A stretch of DNA of 64,000 nt from positions 1 to 64,000 of the forward strand of contig JBHLRQ010000001.1 in the NCBI GenBank assembly GCA_048882385.1, in the 5' to 3' direction. Position 1 is the stretch's first letter, and each line of letters opens with the position of its first letter. The notes beneath the pieces were generated by a model. That model was not told where the DNA came from. It ran no database searches and was given only the letters and a program-made list of their open reading frames with translations. The stretch is from Candidatus Thorarchaeota archaeon (lineage in GTDB: Archaea > Asgardarchaeota > Thorarchaeia > Thorarchaeales > Thorarchaeaceae). This document shows, piece after piece, positions 28,525-37,425 of this stretch. Position numbers and translations under genes: made by a program.

Positions 28525-28570
28525 GAAGTCAGGGGAAGTTAATCATACTTCCCCGATTTCCTTCTTTTTA
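28525..28570 (+). terminator. Hairpin plus T-rich tract after the microprotein pair
   Basis: GGGGAAGT (28532-39) / ACTTCCCC (28547-54), extended by GAAGTC/GATTTC, then CTTCTTTTT. Confidence 0.7.
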
Positions 28571-28668
28571 CTCAATCTATTTTTTATGTAGCCAAACAAG
28601 ATGAGAAGCTTCATTAGAAACTTGAGTTGTTTTCGAATTTCACTGGTTATTTGGAGCTAATATGAAAT

Positions 28669-30225
28669 TTGACAGAAGAAAAAAGTCGTGAGTTGACAGC
28701 TGATGAAACGGAAACAGCTCTCAGCAAAATGGTCAAACAGGGAGTCACTGTCCAAGTTAAGAATACGCTTACTGAGAGCGTCTTTCTTGTAGGCTTTGCT
28801 CTTCTTCTCCAAGCTCCAAACACTGTAATCGGAATTTTGGCTGCAATCCCTTCTGTCACTCAACTCTTACAAATTCCAGCAGTATTTTTGGTTGAGAAGC
28901 TTCGAAATAGACGACGACTGAATTTTTTTACTCAGCTAGGGAACAGACTTGGAATTCTTTTCATGGCATTAATCCCATTTATTGCGGTTGGTGAAATTGG
29001 GTTAATTCTACTAATTGGCGCCATGATTATCCAAAGCACCTTTACAGCGATTGGCGCACCCAGCTGGAATTCGTGGTTGACGGATCTAGTACCTCCAGAT
29101 CGACTAGGTCAATTCTTCTCGAGAAGGATGGCTCTCACGGGAATAATGGCAATCATCGTATCACTTCTTGGAGGGTTCTTCATTAGCAGCTGGTTGGCAA
29201 CCGCAAGTCCCGCAGACATAATATCTCAGTCATATGGGTATTCAATCATCTTCTTTGTAGCATTTCTATTTGGACTGAGTGCAATCTACTATACAATGAC
29301 TGCTCCTGAACCTCCAATGATAACTCGCCAAGAAGAAATCAGCTTTTCCCAATTGTTAGCAGAACCGTTCCAAGATGAAAATTATAGCAACTTGTTGAAA
29401 TTCTCAGCAGTATGGGCGTTAAGCACATCATTCTCAGCTCCTTTCTTCACCGTTTATTTATTGGATGCAAACATCCTTGGATTTGAGGTTGCGTTTGTTG
29501 CAGGATTAGTTGCCCTTACGCAGCTTACAAGTGTCATTTTCTACAGGTTATGGGGTCGACTCACGGATAAATTCAGCAATAAATCGATTTTACAGGTAAC
29601 CATTCCATTGTTTGTTATTGGTACATTTCTTTGGACATTCAGCTCTATTGCAATAGAATATGGTTTTCTCATTCCTCTGATAATCATAATTCACATCGTC
29701 AATGGATTTTCTGCGGCTGGTGTAAATCTAAGTACTAACAATATTGGAATGAGATTAGCCCCACGTGGACAAGCTGCATCGTATCTTGCGGCTAGAGGAT
29801 CAGTTATAGCAATTATGGGAACGATTGCGCCAATCACTGCAGGAATTCTAGCAGATCTTTTTGCCCCACATACAATCGATTTGTCGATATCTTGGCTTAT
29901 CGGTGGAGAACTCTTCACAATGATACCAGCATATCGATTGTCCGGAATTGATTTCCTATTTGTAATTTCGACTGTCATTGGAATATATGCCCTGCATCGA
30001 ATTGCACTTGTAAAAGAGCCTGGAGAGGTCAAAGAAAGAATTGTTCTTGATGCTCTAATAGCTGAAACAAGAAGAAATGTAAGAACTGTTTCAACTGTCG
30101 ATGGATTACGCCATACCTTTCAAGTACCAATCAAGGCAACGAAGAAAGGTCTGAAAAGAAAAAAAAACGAGGGGCAGCCAATACGTAAGGTATCTGACCA
30201 TGATGGAGCTCAAGGTAAAGATTGA
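28669..30225 (+). CDS. MFS transporter
   Basis: About 12 TM helices; W.SWLTDLVP..RLG.FFSRR and WGRLTDKFSNK loops. Confidence 0.9.
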   Translation: MTEEKSRELTADETETALSKMVKQGVTVQVKNTLTESVFLVGFALLLQAPNTVIGILAAIPSVTQLLQIPAVFLVEKLRNRRRLNFFTQLGNRLGILFMALIPFIAVGEIGLILLIGAMIIQSTFTAIGAPSWNSWLTDLVPPDRLGQFFSRRMALTGIMAIIVSLLGGFFISSWLATASPADIISQSYGYSIIFFVAFLFGLSAIYYTMTAPEPPMITRQEEISFSQLLAEPFQDENYSNLLKFSAVWALSTSFSAPFFTVYLLDANILGFEVAFVAGLVALTQLTSVIFYRLWGRLTDKFSNKSILQVTIPLFVIGTFLWTFSSIAIEYGFLIPLIIIIHIVNGFSAAGVNLSTNNIGMRLAPRGQAASYLAARGSVIAIMGTIAPITAGILADLFAPHTIDLSISWLIGGELFTMIPAYRLSGIDFLFVISTVIGIYALHRIALVKEPGEVKERIVLDALIAETRRNVRTVSTVDGLRHTFQVPIKATKKGLKRKKNEGQPIRKVSDHDGAQGKD

Positions 30226-30270
30226 GAGATCTGAACTTTTTGGCAAAGTGAAGTCTAATGGAATAATGGT

Positions 30271-30358
30271 TGGTGCGGAGGGCGAGATTCGAACTCGCGA
30301 ACTCCTACAAGACTGGGACCTAAACCCAGCGCCTTTGACCTGGCTTGGCAACCTCCGC
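30271..30358 (-). tRNA. tRNA-Leu(TAG), intronless, encoded CCA
   Basis: GCGGAGG.../CCTCCGCACCA, CTGGG-TT-TAG-GT-CCCAG, variable arm, GTTCGAATC. Confidence 0.96.
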
Positions 30359-30460
30359 ACGAGTAAAATGTGAGAAACTGTGAGTGGATATAATGGTTTT
30401 GCCAATTACGACCTAAAGAACCCATGTTTCTGTAAAACATGAAAGATATCTTTCTGAGGT

Positions 30461-31114
30461 CTAGCTGGAATTTCTATACAGATTCATCAAAAAAGGACGT
30501 CCATGACCAGGATAGACCATCCTTACATTTAAGCTCTGGATTTTTGCGATGCTTTCATTGAATTCGTTCAAATCGTCTACCAATGAATTTGGTTCTGGCT
30601 TTTTTGTACTGGTGAATAAATCGCCACAAAAGAGGTCACCACGGGCTGTCAATATGCCTATCGAACCTTTTGAGTGTCCTGGGAGATAGATGACCTGTGC
30701 ATCAAGTCCGTATTTTGATAGGTCTGATTCTTCATCAATCAAGATATCCGGTCTGAACCTAGTTATGTTGAAAAAAATGTTAATCATCTTCTTGAGAATC
30801 CAGTTGCCTGATTTCTTATTCCAAAACATATCACCAAATTCAACCATTCCTGAATCATAATGATGCATGGCTATCTCAGCGTCGTATTTTTCTCGAAGAT
30901 ACACACAATTTCCTGTATGATCAAAGTCACCATGGGTCAAGAGTATTAGATTGAAATTTTCAGGGTCACATCCTGCAATTGTAAGCTCTTGTTCAAGTTT
31001 GCTTCTTACAGATTTCCTTCCTGTGTCAATTAAGACAAAACCGCTGTCTGTTTCAAGAAGGTAGCAATTTCCAGTAAATCCTCCAAAAATGATTGTTTTG
31101 ATATCTTTAATCAT
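30461..31114 (-). CDS. MBL-fold metallo-hydrolase
   Basis: THGDFDHTG, PGHSKGS, GD and YPGHG motifs. Confidence 0.92.
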   Translation of the reverse strand: MIKDIKTIIFGGFTGNCYLLETDSGFVLIDTGRKSVRSKLEQELTIAGCDPENFNLILLTHGDFDHTGNCVYLREKYDAEIAMHHYDSGMVEFGDMFWNKKSGNWILKKMINIFFNITRFRPDILIDEESDLSKYGLDAQVIYLPGHSKGSIGILTARGDLFCGDLFTSTKKPEPNSLVDDLNEFNESIAKIQSLNVRMVYPGHGRPFLMNLYRNSS

Positions 31115-31260
31115 ATAGATTCATGTTTCTCAATTATTTTGACAAATGAACATTGTGATTTCCACTATTTCCAAATACAAAATAATGTTCAAAATAAATT
31201 CCATGGAAACGAAAACGAGTAGGAAACGAATTCAGAGTCATGTTAGCTGTTTTGTGTCAG

Positions 31261-31398
31261 TTAGTCTTCTACAGTTTCCCAAGCGTTGCTACAGCGTGGA
31301 CAACGCCACTTCTTCCTATACTTGCCGCTCCCAAACATTTCCTTCCTAACAAGAGCGACCTCTTTGAATCCACAGCGAGTACAAACCACTTCAGCCAT
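31261..31398 (-). CDS. 45-aa zinc-ribbon microprotein MAEVVCTRCG...WRCPRCSNAWETVED
   Basis: Manual translation; two CxxC motifs; divergent from rps3ae; missed by the ORF track. Confidence 0.8.
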   Translation of the reverse strand: MAEVVCTRCGFKEVALVRKEMFGSGKYRKKWRCPRCSNAWETVED

Positions 31399-31572
31399 TG
31401 TGACGCATCTCAGCCTTTCTGGAACATGATTGTCATATCTAGTTTTGCTTGTTGTATCAGACTATGTCACAATGTTTTTATTAGACTCGTTAGTTGTCGG
31501 CGCGTTTCTGTGGCCAATGGCTATAGAGCAATTCATGATTCTCTGGACTTCCAGTGTGAGTGTGATACTCAA

Positions 31573-32226
31573 ATGTCATCAAAAAGCAGACAAGCAGCAG
31601 CAAGGACCAAGGACAAATGGAGAGATAAAGTCTGGTATCAAATCCTTGCTCCGGATTATTTCGATAACAAGGAAATAGGCACTACTCCAGCGGGTAGTCC
31701 TGATCTGCTGATTGGTAGAACTGTTCAACCAACTCTTTATGACCTGACTGGAGATTTTGACAAGATTCATGTCAAGCTTAAGTTCAAGATACTGGAAGTA
31801 ACAGGAACACAGGCAAAGACTGTGTTCTATGGACATGAATGGAGCTCGGACTATCTTAGAGGTCTAGTCAGGAGAGGAACATCCAGAATAGATTGGATTG
31901 GACCGATTCTAACAAAAGACGATTATTTGATGAGAATTTCAGTCATAGTGTTCACTAATACACGCTCAAAGACGAGTCAAGAACATGCTGTTAGAAAAGG
32001 CATTGAGAAGATTATTAGAAAACATGCCAAAAAACACACTTTCGACGAGCTGGTTACAAAGGTCATTCTTGGCGATTTGGCGGGAGATGTCCACGAAGAG
32101 GTAAGGCAGATTATGCCTATCCGTGAGTGTGAGATTCGTAAGAGTAAGGTGCTCAAAGGTCCAGAAGAAGTGAAGATTCGAAGGGCTCGACTCAGAAGAG
32201 GATCAGCTACTGAGAAAGAAGCATAG
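31573..32226 (+). CDS. rps3ae: 30S ribosomal protein eS1 (S3Ae)
   Basis: KDKW..K.WY.ILAP, DYLR.LVRRGTSRID and EIRKSKVL; true start 31573 rather than 31240. Confidence 0.96.
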   Translation: MSSKSRQAAARTKDKWRDKVWYQILAPDYFDNKEIGTTPAGSPDLLIGRTVQPTLYDLTGDFDKIHVKLKFKILEVTGTQAKTVFYGHEWSSDYLRGLVRRGTSRIDWIGPILTKDDYLMRISVIVFTNTRSKTSQEHAVRKGIEKIIRKHAKKHTFDELVTKVILGDLAGDVHEEVRQIMPIRECEIRKSKVLKGPEEVKIRRARLRRGSATEKEA

Positions 32227-32227
32227 T

Positions 32228-32581
32228 CTACTTACTCATACTTTCTAGCTTATGTAGAGCTTGCAATAAAAGGACCATGAGATTAGCAAGCTTAGTAAGA
32301 GCTTCAGTATCAGTTTCTGCGTCTATGACCTCAGTGAGAGATTTGAGTTTGGTAATCAGTGTTTCTCGAAGCTCAGGAATCAATGTCTTCACGGCATGAG
32401 ATTCCACTTCTTCGTCAGATTTTGCATAGACTATTCGTCTATCGCATTTTGCACAATATACATCATCCTTCACCTTGAAAAGAGGTGAACCGCATTGTGG
32501 GCAGGCATCAGCAAGCATTGTGGCTCCTTGGCGGAGAAGTTCAGCCATCTTTCTGACAGAGGAGTCGTTCTTATCACTCAT
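32228..32581 (-). CDS. UPF0148 / SSSCA1-family zinc-ribbon protein
   Basis: MAELLRQGATMLADACPQCGSPLF...YCAKC. Confidence 0.9.
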   Translation of the reverse strand: MSDKNDSSVRKMAELLRQGATMLADACPQCGSPLFKVKDDVYCAKCDRRIVYAKSDEEVESHAVKTLIPELRETLITKLKSLTEVIDAETDTEALTKLANLMVLLLQALHKLESMSK

Positions 32582-32770
32582 TATCTACACACATTGATTG
32601 ACTGTATGTTGTGATATAAGAGGAGCTGCATTACTCTCGATGGTACTGGGGGAGGATAAATACTCGTCAGCTCATTAGGTCTGATGAAAACGTTGATATG
32701 GTTAATTCGATGAAAGTCAAATGTTGTTCGCACTCCGTTTGTGCGTCAAGACCATTCAGAGGTGAGTCCT

Positions 32771-33034
32771 TTGGACCCCGAAACACAGAAGAGCATAGAC
32801 CAGTCTAAACACCTCCTAAAACAGATTTCGGAGGATTCCTCAGTTCCTAGGAACATAAGGCGTGCTGCTAACGAGGCAATTGCAGTTCTTGAAAATGAAA
32901 CAGATTCTCCAGCAGTGAGAGCTCAGAACGCAATTTCAATGTTGGATGAACCAAGTCAAGACCCAAATTGTCCGAACCATGCTCGGACCAAGATATGGCA
33001 CGTGTCCAGCTTGCTGGAACCAATACGTGACTAG
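32771..33034 (+). CDS. UPF0147 family protein
   Basis: D.SVPRNIRRAA...DPN.P..ART.IW; TTG start after GAGGTGA. Confidence 0.92.
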   Translation: MDPETQKSIDQSKHLLKQISEDSSVPRNIRRAANEAIAVLENETDSPAVRAQNAISMLDEPSQDPNCPNHARTKIWHVSSLLEPIRD

Positions 33035-33125
33035 CTCTGTTTGGTGCATAACTAAGAACCGTGACGCCAGTTAGCACTCTATAGAGTGATTGATTGGCAT
33101 TTATGGCCCGGGCCAGTGTTCGCTC

Positions 33126-34577
33126 ATGATGAAGGCAAGGATAAGAGGAATCTATTCGCAGTCGTTGACGCAGATCATGCTGCAGAACCATTTCGAAATG
33201 GTTCAACCTACTCCAGAAGTGGCAAGAAGATTTGGTCTGCCCTATCGAAGTGAGATTCCTGATGTTGATATTTGGGATCGTAGTGACCTTCAAGGAATAG
33301 TGGCAATAGCATATGAATCAGTATTGACGCGTCTCAGTGATGTTTTACGCAGGCGATTAGGAGGTGTTATTACAAGAACTCCAAGGGTAGCCAAGAGTTC
33401 TGTATATCGAGGCGTAGTTCTTGGAAAGGATGAAAGAACAGGTCAAACCAAGGTGGATTTGGGTACTATCTCTGGGCTTCTTCCTGATAGGGGCTTTCAG
33501 AGAGGACAACAAATAATGGTACAGATCAGAGCTCATGATTATGGAAGAAAGGCTCCAGTCCTCTCATCAAGCATAACTATTCCAGGACGAGCGGCAGTTC
33601 TTCTACCAGAACCAGTTGTCCGCTTAAGTACTAAAATCAAGAGTCAAGACTCAAGGAATAATCTTCTAGCTCTTGGGCGAAAGATTCGCGAACATACTGA
33701 GAATTGGGGCATACTCTGGAGAACTGCTGCTGAGAGACTCACAGAGGATGAACTGCGTAATGAAGTCGATGATCTTCTTGATACTGCACAGAAGGTCTAC
33801 AACAAGTATAATGATCTTGACACTGCAGGTCTTCTTTTTGAAGGAACAAGTAATGCCGACATCGAATTTCCCCTAGGTGTCAAAGATGCCCTCGATAAAG
33901 AACGTGCCAAGATTAAACCCACAATTTCACGACACCATTTCTACAAGAGTGCGGGGTATGCTCCGCTTGTAGATCTTGCTGAGATGATAATTGAAGAGCG
34001 TCCAGAAGAACGTAGCTATATCACATCAAAGCTCGACAAGATTGTATCTCGTGACTTACCACGTGTTGACGAATCAATTAACATAGAACACGTTAAACTT
34101 GATGGTAGAAACATTGTGCTTGCAAGGGGTAGAATCACTGAAGTAAATTCCAAAGGATTCGTAATCAGAAGACAGTTCAGACATACAAACAGAAAACTCA
34201 AACTATCTCAAGACACTGCAGATGATGTTGATGTAATCAGTGATGAAGGGGATTTTGCATTGACTCAGGTTGTTCCTGGGGCTCTGACTTTAGTGACAAA
34301 TTATTATTCACGTGACGGACAACTAAAAGGCACATACGTGAATGTAAATACAGGAGTTGAGGTCTATCCAAGTAATGGAAACAGCCCAGGAAGAATTCGC
34401 TATGTTGATTTAGAAATTGACGTGGTCAAAGCGCCAATTACTGAGAAACCTCGAATAATTGACCAACACCTTTTGAAACGTGCTGTTCAGAGAGGTTTCA
34501 TAACAAAAGAAATGGCTGATCAAGCTGGTTCTAGAGCCCAAACAATATGTGAAGAACTTGCTATGGTAGCGGACTAG
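33126..34577 (+). CDS. fau-1: FAU-1 ribonuclease (RNase E/G-like plus DUF402)
   Basis: KARIRGIYS..LT, WGILWRTAA, HVKLDG and RYVDLEIDVV motifs. Confidence 0.9.
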   Translation: MMKARIRGIYSQSLTQIMLQNHFEMVQPTPEVARRFGLPYRSEIPDVDIWDRSDLQGIVAIAYESVLTRLSDVLRRRLGGVITRTPRVAKSSVYRGVVLGKDERTGQTKVDLGTISGLLPDRGFQRGQQIMVQIRAHDYGRKAPVLSSSITIPGRAAVLLPEPVVRLSTKIKSQDSRNNLLALGRKIREHTENWGILWRTAAERLTEDELRNEVDDLLDTAQKVYNKYNDLDTAGLLFEGTSNADIEFPLGVKDALDKERAKIKPTISRHHFYKSAGYAPLVDLAEMIIEERPEERSYITSKLDKIVSRDLPRVDESINIEHVKLDGRNIVLARGRITEVNSKGFVIRRQFRHTNRKLKLSQDTADDVDVISDEGDFALTQVVPGALTLVTNYYSRDGQLKGTYVNVNTGVEVYPSNGNSPGRIRYVDLEIDVVKAPITEKPRIIDQHLLKRAVQRGFITKEMADQAGSRAQTICEELAMVAD

Positions 34578-34834
34578 TTCTCTTGTGCGTCTACAGATTT
34601 GGAAGTCCTCATTGAGAGGTCAATTGCACTCATCAAATCTTCCAATGTGGCACCGAGGCTATCTACACCGCGATCCGACTGAACTATAATTGTCAACAAC
34701 TGATTGTGAACCGAGCACTTTATCTCTAAACCAGATGGCAAAGGGTAGTTGTCAGGAGATATGGCAGAAAGCGTTCTTCTTGCTACTTCTTCAGAATCGA
34801 ACTCTAATTGAATATGTGCAATCATTATCCTCAC
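34574..34834 (-). CDS. pcc1: KEOPS subunit Pcc1
   Basis: LEF.S...A......ISPDN...SL.ATLEDL pattern; conserved gene context. Confidence 0.88.
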   Translation of the reverse strand: MRIMIAHIQLEFDSEEVARRTLSAISPDNYPLPSGLEIKCSVHNQLLTIIVQSDRGVDSLGATLEDLMSAIDLSMRTSKSVDAQEN

Positions 34835-36183
34835 TTCTTCCTCTCACTCAAATCCTTAATCAATTTGAGGACCTTCATTCTTTCTTCTGAACTCATTCCC
34901 TCAAATTTAACCGATTGTGTGGAGGTTGCTGTTGAGGTCAGTTTAAGATTCTCTACACTTTGCAGTATATGATTTGCATTGACATTTCTATAGGTCCAGA
35001 TGATTACACTCGATTTCTCGTTACTAATCGCCAATGGACGTTCAGGGTTTACAATCTCGTTCTGAAGAATAATCCGACCCACATCTGTTAGAAGCATATC
35101 TTGGGTACCTGACAGATCTACTATTGTACTGTCTTCACTTGAAGTTGCTTTCATTTTCGTTTCTAGTCTCTGTATTACTGAAATGACATCCTTACTGTGA
35201 CTGAGGTAGGTGTCTATTGCTGTACGTAAAGCCCTGCCTCGATCCCCAATCCAAATACTCATTGCGGCACCCAATTCTTGACGAGCCCAAGCTGTGTCTG
35301 CGATTGCTTCAAGTCCTGAAAGATGTCTTAACGGACGATTCTCATTCTCCCGGGTCAAAATGTAATCAGTTCCAAAGGTATAGGGAATTATGCCAGGTCC
35401 TACTTTCTCTAGTAGATGTGATGTTAGATGTTGTGTGAAGTGTTGGATTTCTGAATTGCTCAAAGAACTCATTGGAGACCGAAGTTTTGTGATAGGTATG
35501 TCGGCTTCGTTTAGAAATGCATCGCAGGCTTTCTGATTTCCACCAATACCTTGGATATATGGTCGAATGCTAAAGAGTAGTACTTCATCAATCGGTAGAA
35601 AACTGAAACCAAAGAGTCTGATTCCTCCTCGTTTTTCTAGAAGATTCTTGTCAATAGCTTGTTTGACAATTGCTTTGTGTGCTGTACTTGGTTTCTTTGG
35701 GGATGCATGGGATTTATTATAAATGAGTGTGGCTGATGCTGCTATTTGTAGGTCATAGTCACTCACAGTCAAGTGTTCCTGTGCAAGAATATAGGCAGAT
35801 ATGGGTACAGTATGTTCATCTCCGAGTGTTATTGAGTTCACTTGTTCTGATTCCGAGGGTCCTCCTACAAAAACTGGATATCCCTTCCCTTTTCGAAGTT
35901 TCTTTGTTCCCACAGTTTCGATACCTACGAAAATAATTGATGATGTAGCATGTTCGTTCCTAATTGCGTTGATTGAATCTATGCTCATGATTGGTTGTTC
36001 AAACGAAACATGGAATGTTCCACTAGATTTCATGATTGCTCTGCAGAGTAGTGCTGTTGCTAGCGTGGATTGAGGATTTGGAGCAGAAGCCAGAAGAACA
36101 TGTTCACCACTCTGTAAAGAGATATTGTCACATTGACCTTTTAGTGTCCGAAGAGATGGAGAGCTACTTGTCTTCTTACTCAT
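34831..36183 (-). CDS. RecJ/DHH-family protein with degenerate catalytic motifs
   Basis: Conserved position between rps15 and pcc1; G..LFG....P....L...I.PYI.G and IGDR..AL patterns; no DADG or DHH motif. Confidence 0.7.
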   Translation of the reverse strand: MSKKTSSSPSLRTLKGQCDNISLQSGEHVLLASAPNPQSTLATALLCRAIMKSSGTFHVSFEQPIMSIDSINAIRNEHATSSIIFVGIETVGTKKLRKGKGYPVFVGGPSESEQVNSITLGDEHTVPISAYILAQEHLTVSDYDLQIAASATLIYNKSHASPKKPSTAHKAIVKQAIDKNLLEKRGGIRLFGFSFLPIDEVLLFSIRPYIQGIGGNQKACDAFLNEADIPITKLRSPMSSLSNSEIQHFTQHLTSHLLEKVGPGIIPYTFGTDYILTRENENRPLRHLSGLEAIADTAWARQELGAAMSIWIGDRGRALRTAIDTYLSHSKDVISVIQRLETKMKATSSEDSTIVDLSGTQDMLLTDVGRIILQNEIVNPERPLAISNEKSSVIIWTYRNVNANHILQSVENLKLTSTATSTQSVKFEGMSSEERMKVLKLIKDLSERKK

Positions 36184-36216
36184 TTCATGAGAATGGTCAA
36201 CTGGCCCATGATAAAA

Positions 36217-36678
36217 CTATCTCAAAAGAACCGCTGCTTGGTCAGGACTATACTTCCAATCAGCTGGGAGAACCTTCTTTTTGCGGTAATATTTAGAGAG
36301 TCTATGAATCTTGCTCTCTACAAGTTGTAGTCCACGTTTGGAAACGAAATCCTTCTTGTTTTCTTCAAGATGTTTCCGAATTGTGACAGCCTTGGCGATC
36401 ATATTTCGAAGATCTTCTGGTACTCTTCTTTCCAAGTCGTTTTCACGAAGAATGTCCATTATGCGTTTATTGGTAATCATTCTGACGAGAGGAACACCAT
36501 ACTGATCTCTGAGAATCTTACCAATCATAGAGGGCGTATTTCCAGCTTTGGCAAGTTCAATTACCTTATCTTCTACCCACTGCGCATTCTTTTCCTTTTC
36601 TATCCAATCAGGAATTCGTAGTGTGGAAGGTCGCTTACTTCCTGATTGGCCTTTGCGCCTTGTGTGCATTCTTGCCAT
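36217..36678 (-). CDS. rps15: 30S ribosomal protein uS15
   Basis: MARMHTRRKGQSGSKRP, LRDQYGVP and ESKIHRL..YY. Confidence 0.97.
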   Translation of the reverse strand: MARMHTRRKGQSGSKRPSTLRIPDWIEKEKNAQWVEDKVIELAKAGNTPSMIGKILRDQYGVPLVRMITNKRIMDILRENDLERRVPEDLRNMIAKAVTIRKHLEENKKDFVSKRGLQLVESKIHRLSKYYRKKKVLPADWKYSPDQAAVLLR

Positions 36679-36783
36679 TGGGAATACCTCTAGGTCAATT
36701 CATACCCTCAGAAACCGGGTCTGCCCCATGGCCCTAGGCTGTGGATATAAAGATTGCCTTGTGGCGAGTCGTATCCATAGTAA

Positions 36784-37425
36784 CTAATGGTATCTTCCAC
36801 GATCGCGAATTTCCTTCATTCGTGACAATATTGGTTCTGCTGAGTCGCCTTGGATATCTATGTATCCCTCAAGAACCGCTTCCAACATAGTTTCTTGAAT
36901 ATCCCAGTGCGTCGTTTCTAAGGCCCTCTTAATGAGATGGAGGTCAACACCTTTAGTTTCGAGTGTGGCATTCATCTCAGAGAGACCAAAATCAACGAGC
37001 CATAACTTATCATTTTCATCTACAATGACATTGCTTGTTGTTGGGTCTCCATGAGCAATATTCCCACCATGAAGTAAAGCGATAAGTTGACCAAAGTCGT
37101 GACAGAGAGCTACAAGCTTTGATTTGGATAGGTTTCCTGCAAGTTGTTTGAATTGGATTCCATCAATGAAATCCATCATAATTGTGTAATTACACAAGTC
37201 TATTGCATGAACTGCGGGAGTACGTACTCCAAGGGTCCTTGAAATTGTCAGCATCTTGCATTCTCTATTGATACGAGCTCTCCTAAGTTGAGAGTCTATT
37301 TCAAACAAGAGATAGGGTTTACTTTGACGCCACTTTAGAACATATGGTCTTCCCCATCGCTCTATCTTGTAAATGATAGACTCTGCACCTCTGGCAATCA
37401 TCTGTTTCACTGAGATTGCCTCCAT
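36784..37425 (-). CDS. bud32: KEOPS kinase Bud32
   Basis: RGAES, HGDPTTSN, DFGL and RGRY motifs. Confidence 0.95.
   Translation of the reverse strand: MEAISVKQMIARGAESIIYKIERWGRPYVLKWRQSKPYLLFEIDSQLRRARINRECKMLTISRTLGVRTPAVHAIDLCNYTIMMDFIDGIQFKQLAGNLSKSKLVALCHDFGQLIALLHGGNIAHGDPTTSNVIVDENDKLWLVDFGLSEMNATLETKGVDLHLIKRALETTHWDIQETMLEAVLEGYIDIQGDSAEPILSRMKEIRDRGRYH

Noticed and set aside
26036-30270. tRNA-anchored integrated element between tRNA-Ser and tRNA-Leu
   Set aside because: No integrase, and I found no duplicated tRNA 3' end (att site).
30106-30440. Minus-strand ORFs across tRNA-Leu (and similarly 25824..26021 across tRNA-Ser)
   Set aside because: They overlap clear tRNA genes.
31240-31572. 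Long N-terminal extension of rps3ae in the ORF track
   Set aside because: It overlaps a better minus-strand zinc-ribbon ORF, and eS1 homology starts at 31573.
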